The notes below the pieces were generated by a model that was not told the origin of the DNA, did no database searches, and saw only the letters and a program-made list of their open reading frames with translations. From Clostridiales bacterium (lineage in GTDB: Bacteria; Bacillota; Clostridia; Lachnospirales; WRAX01): 64,000 nucleotides of DNA. The position numbers and the translations under genes were made by a program. The stretch spans positions 8,915 to 72,914 of the forward strand of contig JAISCI010000073.1 of NCBI GenBank assembly GCA_031265685.1, read 5' to 3'. Below are positions 28,044-37,018 of the stretch, in pieces (position 1 is the stretch's first letter; the number at the start of each line of letters is the position of its first letter).

Positions 28044-29470
28044 CCGATTTTTACGAAAGCCCGCTGGCAGGGCGGTACGCCGGCGAGGAGATGCGGCGTC
28101 TCTTCTCCGACGACTTCAAATTCACCACATGGCGGCGGCTCTGGATAGCGCTGGCCGAGGCCGAGCGCGAGCTGGGCCTTGACATAACCGAGGAGCAGAT
28201 CGCCGAGATGCGCGCGCGCGTCTCCGATATCAACTACGCCGCCGCGAACGCCGCCGAGCGCGAGCTTCGGCACGATGTTATGGCGCATATCCGCGCCTTC
28301 GGGGAGCAGTGCCCCGCGGCGCGGCCCATCATTCACCTGGGCGCCACCAGCTGCTACGTCGGCGACAACACCGACATAATCCGCATGAAAGAGGGTCTCG
28401 CGATCATCCGGCGGCAGGTTGTCGCGGCCGTCCGGGCGCTCGCGGCTTTCGCCGGGAAATATAAATCGCTGGCGTGCCTGGCGTACACGCATTTCCAGCC
28501 CGCCCAGCCGACGACGATGGGCAAGCGCGCGTGCCTGTGGATCGCGGATCTGCTGATGGATCTGGAGCGGCTGGAGCAGGTTTCGGACTCGCTGGCTCTG
28601 CTGGGATGCAAGGGCACTACCGGCACCGGAGCCAGCTTCCTGAGCCTGTTCGGCGGCGACGCGGATAAAGCCGAGCGGCTTGAGCGCGTTATCGCCGAAA
28701 AGATGGGCTTCGGTAAGTGTTACGCCGTTTCCGGACAGACGTACTCGCGCAAGGTCGATTACGCCGTGCTGTCTGTTTTGAGCGGGCTCGCGCAGTCGGC
28801 GCACAAATTTTCCAACGACATACGGCTGCTCTCGCACTTAAAGGCGGTAGACGAGCCGTTCACAAGTCAGCAGGTCGGGTCGTCCGCAATGGCGTACAAG
28901 CGCAACCCCATGCGTTCGGAACGCATGGCGTCGCTGGCGCGGTTCGTTATCGTGGACGCCCAGAACGCCGCGCTGACGGCGTCCGAACAGTGGTTCGAGC
29001 GCACGCTGGACGATTCGGCGAACAAGCGTCTGGCGGTATCGGAATGTTTTCTGGCGGCGGACGCGGTGCTGACACTGTATATTAACGTAATCGAAGGGCT
29101 TACCGTTTACCCGAAAGTGCTGGAGAAGCAGCTGGAGGCCGAGCTGCCGTTTATGGCGACGGAGAATATCCTGATGTACTGCGTCAAAAAGGGCGGCGAC
29201 CGGCAAACGTTGCACGAGGCCATAAGGCGGCATTCCGTATCGGCTGGACAGGCCGTCAAGCGCGACGGCGCGGACAACGACCTGACACGACGGATACTCA
29301 CCGATCCCGTCTTTAATCTGACGGAAGCCGAGCTTTCCGGCATACTCTCCGCGGGAGGCTTCACCGGCATGGCCGAGCGCCAGACCGAGCGTTACCTGAA
29401 CGAAACGGTATACGAAACGATAAACAGATACGGCGGCGAACCCGGTTTCTCCGCCGAAGTGAGCGTATAG
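28040..29470 (+). CDS. purB: Adenylosuccinate lyase
   Basis: Start ATG 28040 (ATGA overlap with the purC stop). SPLAGRYA.. N-terminus and the lyase signature GSSAMAYKRNPMRSE. Confidence 0.9.
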   Translation: MTDFYESPLAGRYAGEEMRRLFSDDFKFTTWRRLWIALAEAERELGLDITEEQIAEMRARVSDINYAAANAAERELRHDVMAHIRAFGEQCPAARPIIHLGATSCYVGDNTDIIRMKEGLAIIRRQVVAAVRALAAFAGKYKSLACLAYTHFQPAQPTTMGKRACLWIADLLMDLERLEQVSDSLALLGCKGTTGTGASFLSLFGGDADKAERLERVIAEKMGFGKCYAVSGQTYSRKVDYAVLSVLSGLAQSAHKFSNDIRLLSHLKAVDEPFTSQQVGSSAMAYKRNPMRSERMASLARFVIVDAQNAALTASEQWFERTLDDSANKRLAVSECFLAADAVLTLYINVIEGLTVYPKVLEKQLEAELPFMATENILMYCVKKGGDRQTLHEAIRRHSVSAGQAVKRDGADNDLTRRILTDPVFNLTEAELSGILSAGGFTGMAERQTERYLNETVYETINRYGGEPGFSAEVSV

Positions 29471-29482
29471 GAGCTGAAAATA

Positions 29483-30751
29483 ATGCTTACAGCGATAGTC
29501 GGCGTCAATTGGGGCGACGAGGGCAAGGGCCGCATGGTCGATATGCTCAGCGAATCGTTCGACGTGGTGTGCCGCTATCAGGGCGGCAACAACGCCGGGC
29601 ACACCGTCGTCAACGAGAAGGGCAAGTTTATCCTCAACCTGCTGCCCAGCGGCGTCCTCCGCGAGACGACCGTGAACGTGATGGGACCGGGCATGGTTAT
29701 CGACCTGCGGCACCTGCGCGACGAGGTGGGGCGCGTGGCGGCGGGCGGCGTTAAAATCACGCCTGATAACCTGCTGATCAGCGACAAGGCCGTTATCTGC
29801 CTGCCGTTTCATCCCGTTCAGGACGTACTGGAGGAAGAGCGTCTGGGCGACAGGCGGTACGGCTCGACGCGCCGAGGTATCGCGCCCGTATATTCGGATA
29901 AATATATGAAGAAAGCGCTGCGCATGGGCGACCTGTTTTCCGGAAACCTGGCGACGCGCGTATACGATATATGCGAATGGAAAAATCTTACGCTAACCGG
30001 AGGATACGGGGCGCAACCCGTCGATCCCGGAGACGTGGCGGCGTGGCTGACCGAGTTCGGCGACTGGGCGAAACCGTTCGTCGCCGACGTCTCGGATTAT
30101 TTGTATTACGCCGCGCGGGACAAGAAGAATATCCTCTTCGAGGCTCAGCTCGGCGCGCTCCGCGATATAGACTACGGCATCTACCCCTATACGTCGTCCT
30201 CGACGACGCTGGCCGCCTACGCCCCCATCGGCGCGGGAGCGCCCGGGCTTAAGCTCGATTCGGTCATAGGAGTGGTCAAGGCGTATTCGTCCGCCGTCGG
30301 CGAGGGGCCGTTTACGGCGGAGATGTTCGGACCCGAGGCCGACCGCCTGCGCGAGGCCGGCGCGGAATACGGCGCGGCGACGAGCCGCCCGCGGCGCGTC
30401 GGACCGTTCGACGCCGTGGCGAGCAGATACGGCGCTCAGGTTCAGGGCGCGGACGCCCTGGCGCTGACAAAGCTCGACGTGCTCGGGTACATGGACCGCA
30501 TACCTATCGTCACGGCCTACGACATAGACGGCGAGCGGACGCGCGACTTCCCCTCCGGCGACGCGCTCGAACGCGCCGTCCCGGTCGTCGAGTACGTGGA
30601 AGGCTTCGCCGAGGACGTCTCGAAGTGCCGTTCCGTCCGCGATCTGCCCGTGGCGGCGCGGAATTATGTCAGCCGGATCGAGTCCGAGTGCGGCGTGCCC
30701 GTGAAATACATCTCCGTCGGCGCGGATCGCGGGGCGTGCGTCGTGCTGTAA
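29483..30751 (+). CDS. purA: Adenylosuccinate synthetase
   Basis: 422 aa. P-loop VNWGDEGKGRMVD, GGNNAGHT, and GTTRRGI-like STRRGIAP. Confidence 0.9.
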   Translation: MLTAIVGVNWGDEGKGRMVDMLSESFDVVCRYQGGNNAGHTVVNEKGKFILNLLPSGVLRETTVNVMGPGMVIDLRHLRDEVGRVAAGGVKITPDNLLISDKAVICLPFHPVQDVLEEERLGDRRYGSTRRGIAPVYSDKYMKKALRMGDLFSGNLATRVYDICEWKNLTLTGGYGAQPVDPGDVAAWLTEFGDWAKPFVADVSDYLYYAARDKKNILFEAQLGALRDIDYGIYPYTSSSTTLAAYAPIGAGAPGLKLDSVIGVVKAYSSAVGEGPFTAEMFGPEADRLREAGAEYGAATSRPRRVGPFDAVASRYGAQVQGADALALTKLDVLGYMDRIPIVTAYDIDGERTRDFPSGDALERAVPVVEYVEGFAEDVSKCRSVRDLPVAARNYVSRIESECGVPVKYISVGADRGACVVL

Positions 30752-30830
30752 TTATAAGTGGACGGACGCCGGAATAGAGTATAGAAAAACTCATACTGTT
30801 TCAGAATTAAGGTTGACATTTGTTTTTAAG

Positions 30831-30912
30831 GTTCGCGCCCATGAAGTTCGCGTGACAGGATTTTGCTTGAATCACGCAAAATTCATCCAGGCAAACTTCA
30901 GAACCGCGCTGA
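30831..30912. repeat. Partial copy (central hairpin module) of the nested-palindrome family in the glmS leader
   Basis: GGATTTTGC-ttgaatcac-GCAAAATTC (30858-30884), flanked by TGAAGTT / AACTTCA. The 3-prime side CACGCAAAATTCATCC is shared with the copy at 58541-58556. Confidence 0.7.
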
Positions 30913-30968
30913 CGCTCTTAGAAACGAGTGCCGCCGTCTGACCCGAAACAGTGTCAGGAGGGTTATAT

Positions 30969-32795
30969 ATGTGCGGAATAGTCGGGTTCACGGGGACCGC
31001 CCCGGCCGTCCCGATCCTTCTCGCCGGGCTGGCCAAACTGGAGTACAGGGGATACGACTCCGCCGGCGTCGCCGTCTCGGACGCGGGCGGGATAACGGTG
31101 ATAAAAGCCGGCGGCAAGCTGGCGAACCTCACAGCGCTGGTGGAAAAGCACGGCGGGATACCGAGCGCGTGCGGTCTCGGGCATACGCGCTGGGCGACGC
31201 ACGGCGCCCCCACCGACGTAAACGCGCACCCGCACCTGTCGTCGTCCGGGCGTATCGCGGTGGTGCACAACGGCATTATCGAGAATTATCAGGAATTGAA
31301 GGAGCGGCTTATAGCGGAGGGCTTCTCGTTTGTGTCGCAGACCGACACCGAGGTAATCGCCAATCTTATTGATTACCACTACGCCGGCGATCTGGCCGGC
31401 GCGGTGGCGGCGGCGCTGAGCGAGCTTACGGGTTCGTACGCCGTCGGCGTTCTGTCGGTGGACGCGCCGGGCGAGATAGTCGCCGCGCGGAAGGACAGCC
31501 CGCTCGTCGTCGCCATGATGGAGGGCGGCGCGGCCATGGCCAGCGACATCCCCGCGCTGCTCGGGTATACCCGCGACTTCTATTCCGTCGAGCGTGGGGA
31601 GATAGCCGTCCTCACGCGCTCCGGCGTAAGCTTCCTAGGCCCGGGCCGCGAGCCGCTTACGAAAGTAGCGTTCCACGTGGATTGGGACGCCGAGTCCGCC
31701 AGCAAGGGCGGCGCGGATACGTTCATGATAAAGGAAATATTCGAGCAGCCGAGGGCGCTTCGCGACACCATCTCTACTAAGATCAAAGGCGGAGAGATCG
31801 TCTTCCCCGAGTTCGCGCCCAGCGCCGGCGAGATCCGCGCTATCGACCGCGTGTTCGTCGTGGCGTGCGGATCGGCGGCCCACGCGGGTATAGTCGGCAA
31901 GAGCGCCATTGAGACGCTGGCCCGCGTCCCCGTCGAGGTGGAGCTTGCCAGCGAGTTCCGGTACAAGAATCCGATTATCACGGACCGCTCGCTCGTCGTC
32001 GCCATAAGCCAGTCCGGAACTACCGCCGACACGCGCGAGGCGCAATCCTACGCGAAGTCGAAAGGCGCGCGGACGCTCGCGGTAATCAACGTCGTCGGCA
32101 GTCAGATCGCGCGGGAAGCGGACAGCGTTATATATACCAACGCCGGGCCGGAGATAGCCGTAGCGACGACGAAGGCGTATTCGTGCCAGCTGGCGGTTAT
32201 GTATATGCTGGCGGTTTATCTTGGCCGCAAACTGGGCACAATCGGCGACGAATACAACCGCAGGCTGATCGCGGCGCTGACGGCCCTGCCGGATCAGATC
32301 GAAACGGCTCTCGGGACGGACGCGTTCGCCAAGGAACTGGCCGGGCGGTACAGCGCCGCTACGGACGTGTTCTTCATCGGGCGCGGCGCGGACTACGCCG
32401 CCGGACTGGAGGCGTCGCTGAAGCTAAAGGAAATATCTTATATCCATTCCGAGGCCTACGCCGCCGGCGAGCTGAAACACGGCACGCTGGCGCTGATCGA
32501 GCGCGGCACGCCCGTCGTCGCGGTGGCCGTGTGCGAGAAGCTGTTCGACAAACTCATGAGCAACATCAAGGAGGTGCGCGCGCGGTTCGGCGAGGTGATC
32601 GGCGTGACGTGGCGCGGCAACCGCCGCATGGACGATGAGTGCGCCGCCGTGTTCGAGGTGCCCGTAACCGAGCCTGTGTTCACGCCGTCGCTGACGATTA
32701 TACCTCTGCAGCTTTTCGCGTACTATATAGCCGCGGCGAAGGGCCTCGACATAGACAAACCGCGAAATCTGGCAAAAAGCGTTACCGTTGAATAA
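30969..32795 (+). CDS. glmS: Glutamine--fructose-6-phosphate aminotransferase
   Basis: Start ATG 30969 (MCGIVGF, Cys2 nucleophile) after a CAGGAGGG RBS. 608 aa, with SIS-domain motifs and the C-terminal KPRNLAKSVTVE. Confidence 0.95.
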   Translation: MCGIVGFTGTAPAVPILLAGLAKLEYRGYDSAGVAVSDAGGITVIKAGGKLANLTALVEKHGGIPSACGLGHTRWATHGAPTDVNAHPHLSSSGRIAVVHNGIIENYQELKERLIAEGFSFVSQTDTEVIANLIDYHYAGDLAGAVAAALSELTGSYAVGVLSVDAPGEIVAARKDSPLVVAMMEGGAAMASDIPALLGYTRDFYSVERGEIAVLTRSGVSFLGPGREPLTKVAFHVDWDAESASKGGADTFMIKEIFEQPRALRDTISTKIKGGEIVFPEFAPSAGEIRAIDRVFVVACGSAAHAGIVGKSAIETLARVPVEVELASEFRYKNPIITDRSLVVAISQSGTTADTREAQSYAKSKGARTLAVINVVGSQIAREADSVIYTNAGPEIAVATTKAYSCQLAVMYMLAVYLGRKLGTIGDEYNRRLIAALTALPDQIETALGTDAFAKELAGRYSAATDVFFIGRGADYAAGLEASLKLKEISYIHSEAYAAGELKHGTLALIERGTPVVAVAVCEKLFDKLMSNIKEVRARFGEVIGVTWRGNRRMDDECAAVFEVPVTEPVFTPSLTIIPLQLFAYYIAAAKGLDIDKPRNLAKSVTVE

Positions 32796-32797
32796 TG

Positions 32798-32924
32798 CTG
32801 GTTCCATTTAGATTTGTGGATAAAAATTTTTTAAGCGTCCGCGCGTCTCTGAATTTTGCTTGATTCACGCAAAATTCCAGGCGCGGACTGAAAAATTTTT
32901 ATTCGTCTCATAAAATGGGATTAG
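32798..32924. mobile_element. 127-bp copy of the nested-palindrome MITE-like family between glmS and glnA
   Basis: Arms CTGGTTCCATTTAGATTTGTGGATAAAAATTTTTTAAGCGTCCGCGC and GCGCGGACTGAAAAATTTTTATTCGTCTCATAAAATGGGATTAG surround GAATTTTGC-ttgattcac-GCAAAATTC (32851-32877). The right end AAATGGGATTAG is identical to 41112-41123. Confidence 0.75.
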
Positions 32925-32947
32925 CGCAATACCGGGAGGAACGGCGA

Positions 32948-34234
32948 TTGGGATATACTGACAGAGAGATACTCAGCTTCATCCGCGATAACGACGTAAA
33001 ATTCGTCCGGCTGGCCTTCCGCGACCTGTTCGGGCGTCAGAAGAATATAGCGATAATAAGTTCGGAGCTGGAGCGCGCCGTAACGAGCGGTTTCGCCTTC
33101 GACGCGTCGAGCGTGCGCGGGTTCGCTGGCGTCGAGCGCTCGGATATGTTCCTCGCGCCGGATACCGGCACGCTGGCTGTCTTGCCCTGGCGTCCGGGGC
33201 ACGGACGCGTCGCGCGGCTCTATTGCGACGTAGTCCTGCCGGACGGCTCTCCGCACCCGAGCGACTTCCGGGCGGCGCTGCGCCGCGCGGGCGAACGCGC
33301 CAATAAACTGGGGTATACCGCCGAGATCGGTGTGGAATGCGAATTCTACCTGTTCAAGACCGACGAGGCCGGAAAGCCTACCGACGTCCCGCTCGACGAG
33401 GGCGGGTACCTCGACGTCTCCCCGCTCGATATGGGCGAGAACGTCCGGCGCGAGATCTGCCTGGCGCTGGAGGGGATGGGTATCACCCCCGAATCCAGCC
33501 ATCATGAGCGCGGCGCGGGTCAGAACGAGGTTGATTTCCGGCATTCGGGGGCGCTTGCCGCCGCCGACAATTTGATGACGCTCAAATCCGTCGTGCGCGC
33601 CGTCGCGCAGTCCAGCGGGCTTTCCGCGTCATTTCTGCCTAAGCCGCTGGCGGATCAGGCTTCCAGCTGTCTGCATATAAATATCTCCCTCAAGAAGAAC
33701 GGCGAGAACGTGATCAAGCTGCCGGACGGAGAGCACAGCCCAGAAGCCGGGGCGTTCATGGCGGGGATACTGGCTCGCGCGGCCGAGCTTGGCGCCTTTA
33801 CGAACCCGATACCCAATTCCTACGACAGGCTGCGCTCCCCCGGCGCCCCGAAGTACGTGTCGTGGAGCCACCAGAACCGTTCCGCGCTGATCCGTATCCC
33901 CGCCGGGGAGCGGGACCGCGCCCGGATAGAACTGCGCTCGCCGGACCCGTCTCTCAACCCGTACTTGGCGTTCTACCTGCTGCTCATGGCGGGGCTTGAC
34001 GGCATAGAGGAAGGCCTCGCCCCGCCGCCGCCCTCCGACGGCAACCTCTTCGAGGGTTCGCCGGGTCTGCCGCGATTGCCAGAGACGCTGCCGGAGGCGC
34101 TTTCGCTGGCGGCGGGTTCGGCGTTCGTAGCCAAATATGTCAACGAATACGCGCTCTCGCGATACTTTGCCGGGAAGGAAGCGGAGAAGGCGGAAGAGAT
34201 CCGAAAGGCTGTTTTGTCTTGCGAAGCGTACTGA
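32948..34234 (+). CDS. glnA: Glutamine synthetase type I
   Basis: GS beta-grasp and catalytic motifs (VKFVRLAF.D..G..KN; HHERGAGQNEVDF; NSYDRL; ELRSPD). Preferred start is TTG 32948, 7 nt after GGGAGGA, giving M-GYTDREIL, which aligns with the usual M..YT.EDI N-terminus. ATG 32915 of the six-frame ORF has no RBS and lies inside the repeat terminus. Confidence 0.85.
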   Translation: MGYTDREILSFIRDNDVKFVRLAFRDLFGRQKNIAIISSELERAVTSGFAFDASSVRGFAGVERSDMFLAPDTGTLAVLPWRPGHGRVARLYCDVVLPDGSPHPSDFRAALRRAGERANKLGYTAEIGVECEFYLFKTDEAGKPTDVPLDEGGYLDVSPLDMGENVRREICLALEGMGITPESSHHERGAGQNEVDFRHSGALAAADNLMTLKSVVRAVAQSSGLSASFLPKPLADQASSCLHINISLKKNGENVIKLPDGEHSPEAGAFMAGILARAAELGAFTNPIPNSYDRLRSPGAPKYVSWSHQNRSALIRIPAGERDRARIELRSPDPSLNPYLAFYLLLMAGLDGIEEGLAPPPPSDGNLFEGSPGLPRLPETLPEALSLAAGSAFVAKYVNEYALSRYFAGKEAEKAEEIRKAVLSCEAY

Positions 34235-34788
34235 TAGTATCGGGGACGGATAAGAGCGCGGAATATTTACGGGAGATGCTCGCCCGGGACGGCGGCCGCG
34301 AGCTTTCTTTCGCGCGGAGCTGCGGCGAAGCCCGCCGCGCGATGATGGAGCGCCCGTTCGACCTGTGCGTCATCAACGCGCCGCTGCCGGACGAGTTCGG
34401 CGACGAGTTGGCGATGGATACCGCCGAGCGCGGCGCGGCGCAAGTCATGCTGATCGTGCGCGGCGAGATGTTCGGGCCGGTATCCGAGCGCGTCGAGGAT
34501 CACGGGGTGTTCACGCTGGCCAAGCCTTTGACCAGGGAGCAGTTCTGGGGAGCGCTCAAGCTGGTCGCGGCGGCGAGCGCCCGCCTGTCGCGGATGCGTA
34601 ACGAATATCAGCGGCTGGAGCAGAAGCTGGAGGACACGCACGTAGTCAATCGCGCCAAGTTCCTGCTCATGCGGTATATGTCGCTGACCGAGCCGGAGGC
34701 TCACCGGTATATCGAGAAGCGGGCGATGGATATGCGCCTCCGCCGGCGCGACGTAGCCCAGACGATAATCAAGACGTATGAGAGATGA
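34219..34788 (+). CDS. ANTAR-domain antiterminator with receiver-like domain
   Basis: 189 aa. C-terminal ANTAR helix pattern VNRAKFLLMRYMSLTEPEAHRYIEKRAMDMRLRRRDVA. The N-terminal CheY-like fold has FDLCVINAPLPDEFG where DL..LD..MP is expected. TTG start overlaps the glnA end by 16 nt. Confidence 0.8.
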   Translation: MRSVLIVSGTDKSAEYLREMLARDGGRELSFARSCGEARRAMMERPFDLCVINAPLPDEFGDELAMDTAERGAAQVMLIVRGEMFGPVSERVEDHGVFTLAKPLTREQFWGALKLVAAASARLSRMRNEYQRLEQKLEDTHVVNRAKFLLMRYMSLTEPEAHRYIEKRAMDMRLRRRDVAQTIIKTYER

Positions 34789-36227
34789 TGGGTATGGATG
34801 ATATAGGTGAGACGATATTCAAAAAACCCGCCGAGGAATGCGCGGTTTTCGGCACAAGCCTTCTTATCGGCGAGGCCGCCGGGATAACCTGCAACGGCCT
34901 GATGGCGCAGCAGCACAGAGGGCAGGAGGGCGCGGGGATCGCCGTGCTCTCGGGCAGCGCGATTACGTGCGTAAAGAACCGCGGGCTGGTTTCCGAGGTG
35001 TTCTCCGGGGATGCGCTTAGTCAGCTGCCGCCCAGCGGCATATCGGTCGGGCATACGCGTTACTCGACGACGGGTTCAAATCATCTGAAAAACGTCCAGC
35101 CATTTGTGACGGAATACCTGAAGGGCCGTATCGCGACCGTCCACAACGGCAACGTGGTCAACGCTACGGAGATACGCTCCGAGCTGAAGGAGCGAGGCGT
35201 GGATTTCTCCGCGTCCAGCGACAGCGAGGTTATATCGGCGCTGATCGCGTATGAGGCGCTGGAGGCGGGGGATATCGTGGGGGGCGTAGTGGGCGCGGCG
35301 AAGCGGCTGCGCGGGGCGTTTTCCCTCATCGTCATGAATAATGAGAATAAACTGATCGCCGCGCGCGACCCTTACGGCTTCCGGCCGCTCTGTTTCGGGC
35401 GCAACGAATGGGGACGCGCCGTCGCCAGCGAATCGTGCGCGCTCGATTCAACCGACTTCGCTTTCGAGCGCGACGTGGAGCCGGGCGAGGTGATCGCGTT
35501 CCAGAACGGCGGGGTCATATACGACGAGAAGCCGCTGACCTCAGCGAGCGTCGGGCTGTGCGTGTTCGAGTACGTCTATTTCGCTCGGCCCGATTCCGTC
35601 GTGGACGGGCTTTCGGTATACGAGGCGCGGTACAACATGGGCGCGAGGCTTGCCGCCGAACATCCCGTCGAGGCGGACGCCGTGTGCGGCGTGCCGGATT
35701 CGGGGATAGAGGCGTCGTTCGGGTATGCCGCGGCGAGCGGGCTGCCGCTGGTATCGGGATTCGTCAAAAACCGCTACATCGGGCGCAGCTTCATCTGTCC
35801 GACGCAGACGGCCCGCGAGTCCGCCGTAAAAATGAAGCTGAACCCGCTCCGCGCGAACATTGAGGGCAAGCGGATCGTCCTGGTGGACGATTCGATAGTG
35901 CGCGGCACGACCAGCGCGAAGATCATAGCGGCGATGCGCGGCGCCGGGGCGCGGGAAGTGCATATGCGCGTATCGTCGCCGCCGTTCCGCCACGCGTGTC
36001 ATTTCGGCACGGACATAGACCGCGAGGAGAACCTGATCGCCAACCATATGTCGGTATCGGAGATCGCGCGGAAACTCGGCGCGGACTCGCTGGGCTACAT
36101 CAGCGAGGATGGGCTGCGTATCGCGTGCGGCAAGTGCCGCCTGCCGTTCTGTATGGGGTGCTTCAACGGGCGTTACGGTGTGGATCCGAAGGGGAGCAAT
36201 CTGGGAAAGATGCTGATGGAAGGCTAG
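34785..36227 (+). CDS. purF: Amidophosphoribosyltransferase
   Basis: 480 aa. Propeptide followed by the Cys nucleophile in ..EECAVFG, then QHRGQEGAGIA, PRTase motif VLVDDSIVRGTT, and C-terminal Cys ligands. Confidence 0.9.
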   Translation: MMGMDDIGETIFKKPAEECAVFGTSLLIGEAAGITCNGLMAQQHRGQEGAGIAVLSGSAITCVKNRGLVSEVFSGDALSQLPPSGISVGHTRYSTTGSNHLKNVQPFVTEYLKGRIATVHNGNVVNATEIRSELKERGVDFSASSDSEVISALIAYEALEAGDIVGGVVGAAKRLRGAFSLIVMNNENKLIAARDPYGFRPLCFGRNEWGRAVASESCALDSTDFAFERDVEPGEVIAFQNGGVIYDEKPLTSASVGLCVFEYVYFARPDSVVDGLSVYEARYNMGARLAAEHPVEADAVCGVPDSGIEASFGYAAASGLPLVSGFVKNRYIGRSFICPTQTARESAVKMKLNPLRANIEGKRIVLVDDSIVRGTTSAKIIAAMRGAGAREVHMRVSSPPFRHACHFGTDIDREENLIANHMSVSEIARKLGADSLGYISEDGLRIACGKCRLPFCMGCFNGRYGVDPKGSNLGKMLMEG

Positions 36228-36235
36228 GCGGCGCA

Positions 36236-37018
36236 ATGAAACGTTATTTTGACGGAATTGTTCACCGGAACAAGCGTATAGCGCCCGGAGTGTTCGATAT
36301 GACGGTCGCGGGGGAGGCGGTGGCGGCGCGGCCCGGGCAGTTCGCCATGCTGTATCCCGGCGGGGATTCGCGCCTTCTGCCGCGCCCGATCAGCTTTTGC
36401 GGCGCTGACGAGAAGAACGGGCTGTACCGTTTCGTGTACCAGGCGGCGGGCGGCGGGACTACTCTGCTGGCCGCGCTCGAGCCGGGACGGACGATCCGGG
36501 CGTTGGCGCCGCTCGGCAACGGTTTTCCTGAGACACGCCCCGGGGAGAGGGCCGCGATAATCGGCGGGGGGCTGGGCGTTCCGCCGCTGTTATGGCTGAC
36601 TAGATCGCGCGCCGCGTCCGGCGCGGAGGTATCCGTATTCCTCGGTTTCCGCTCCGACCCCATACTATTGCGCGAGTTCGCGGAGACGGGCGCGGGGGTC
36701 AGCGTTTCGACTGACGACGGTTCGATGGGGTTTCATGGAAACGCCGCCGATATGTTCGAGAATTTCGCGGACGAGCCGGCGTTCGACACGGTGTACGCGT
36801 GCGGCCCGAAGCCGTTGCTGGCCCGAGCCGCGGGAATCGCGGAGAAAATCCGCGCGGCGTGCTATGTCTCCGTGGAGGAGCGCATGGCTTGCGGCGTCGG
36901 AGCTTGTTATTGCTGCGCCGTCGAAACGCGCGGAGAGACAAAGTACCGGAAATGCTGCGCGGACGGCCCTGTTTTCGACGCGAAAGAACTGGTATGGGGG
37001 GCGGGTGCCGTTGGCTGA
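36236..37018 (+). CDS. pyrK: Dihydroorotate dehydrogenase electron-transfer subunit
   Basis: Start ATG 36236. 260 aa, with an FAD/NAD-binding fold (RPISF, GGGLGVPPL) and the C-terminal 2Fe-2S ligand cluster CGVGACYCC...C. Confidence 0.85.
   Translation: MKRYFDGIVHRNKRIAPGVFDMTVAGEAVAARPGQFAMLYPGGDSRLLPRPISFCGADEKNGLYRFVYQAAGGGTTLLAALEPGRTIRALAPLGNGFPETRPGERAAIIGGGLGVPPLLWLTRSRAASGAEVSVFLGFRSDPILLREFAETGAGVSVSTDDGSMGFHGNAADMFENFADEPAFDTVYACGPKPLLARAAGIAEKIRAACYVSVEERMACGVGACYCCAVETRGETKYRKCCADGPVFDAKELVWGAGAVG

Noticed and set aside
30752-30968. Expected glmS ribozyme upstream of glmS
   Set aside because: None of the conserved core strings (AGCGCC.GAACU, GACGAGGA, CGGCGGAUGCC) are present by eye. 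The spacer is occupied by a repeat-family palindrome instead. A cmsearch with RF00234 would be decisive.
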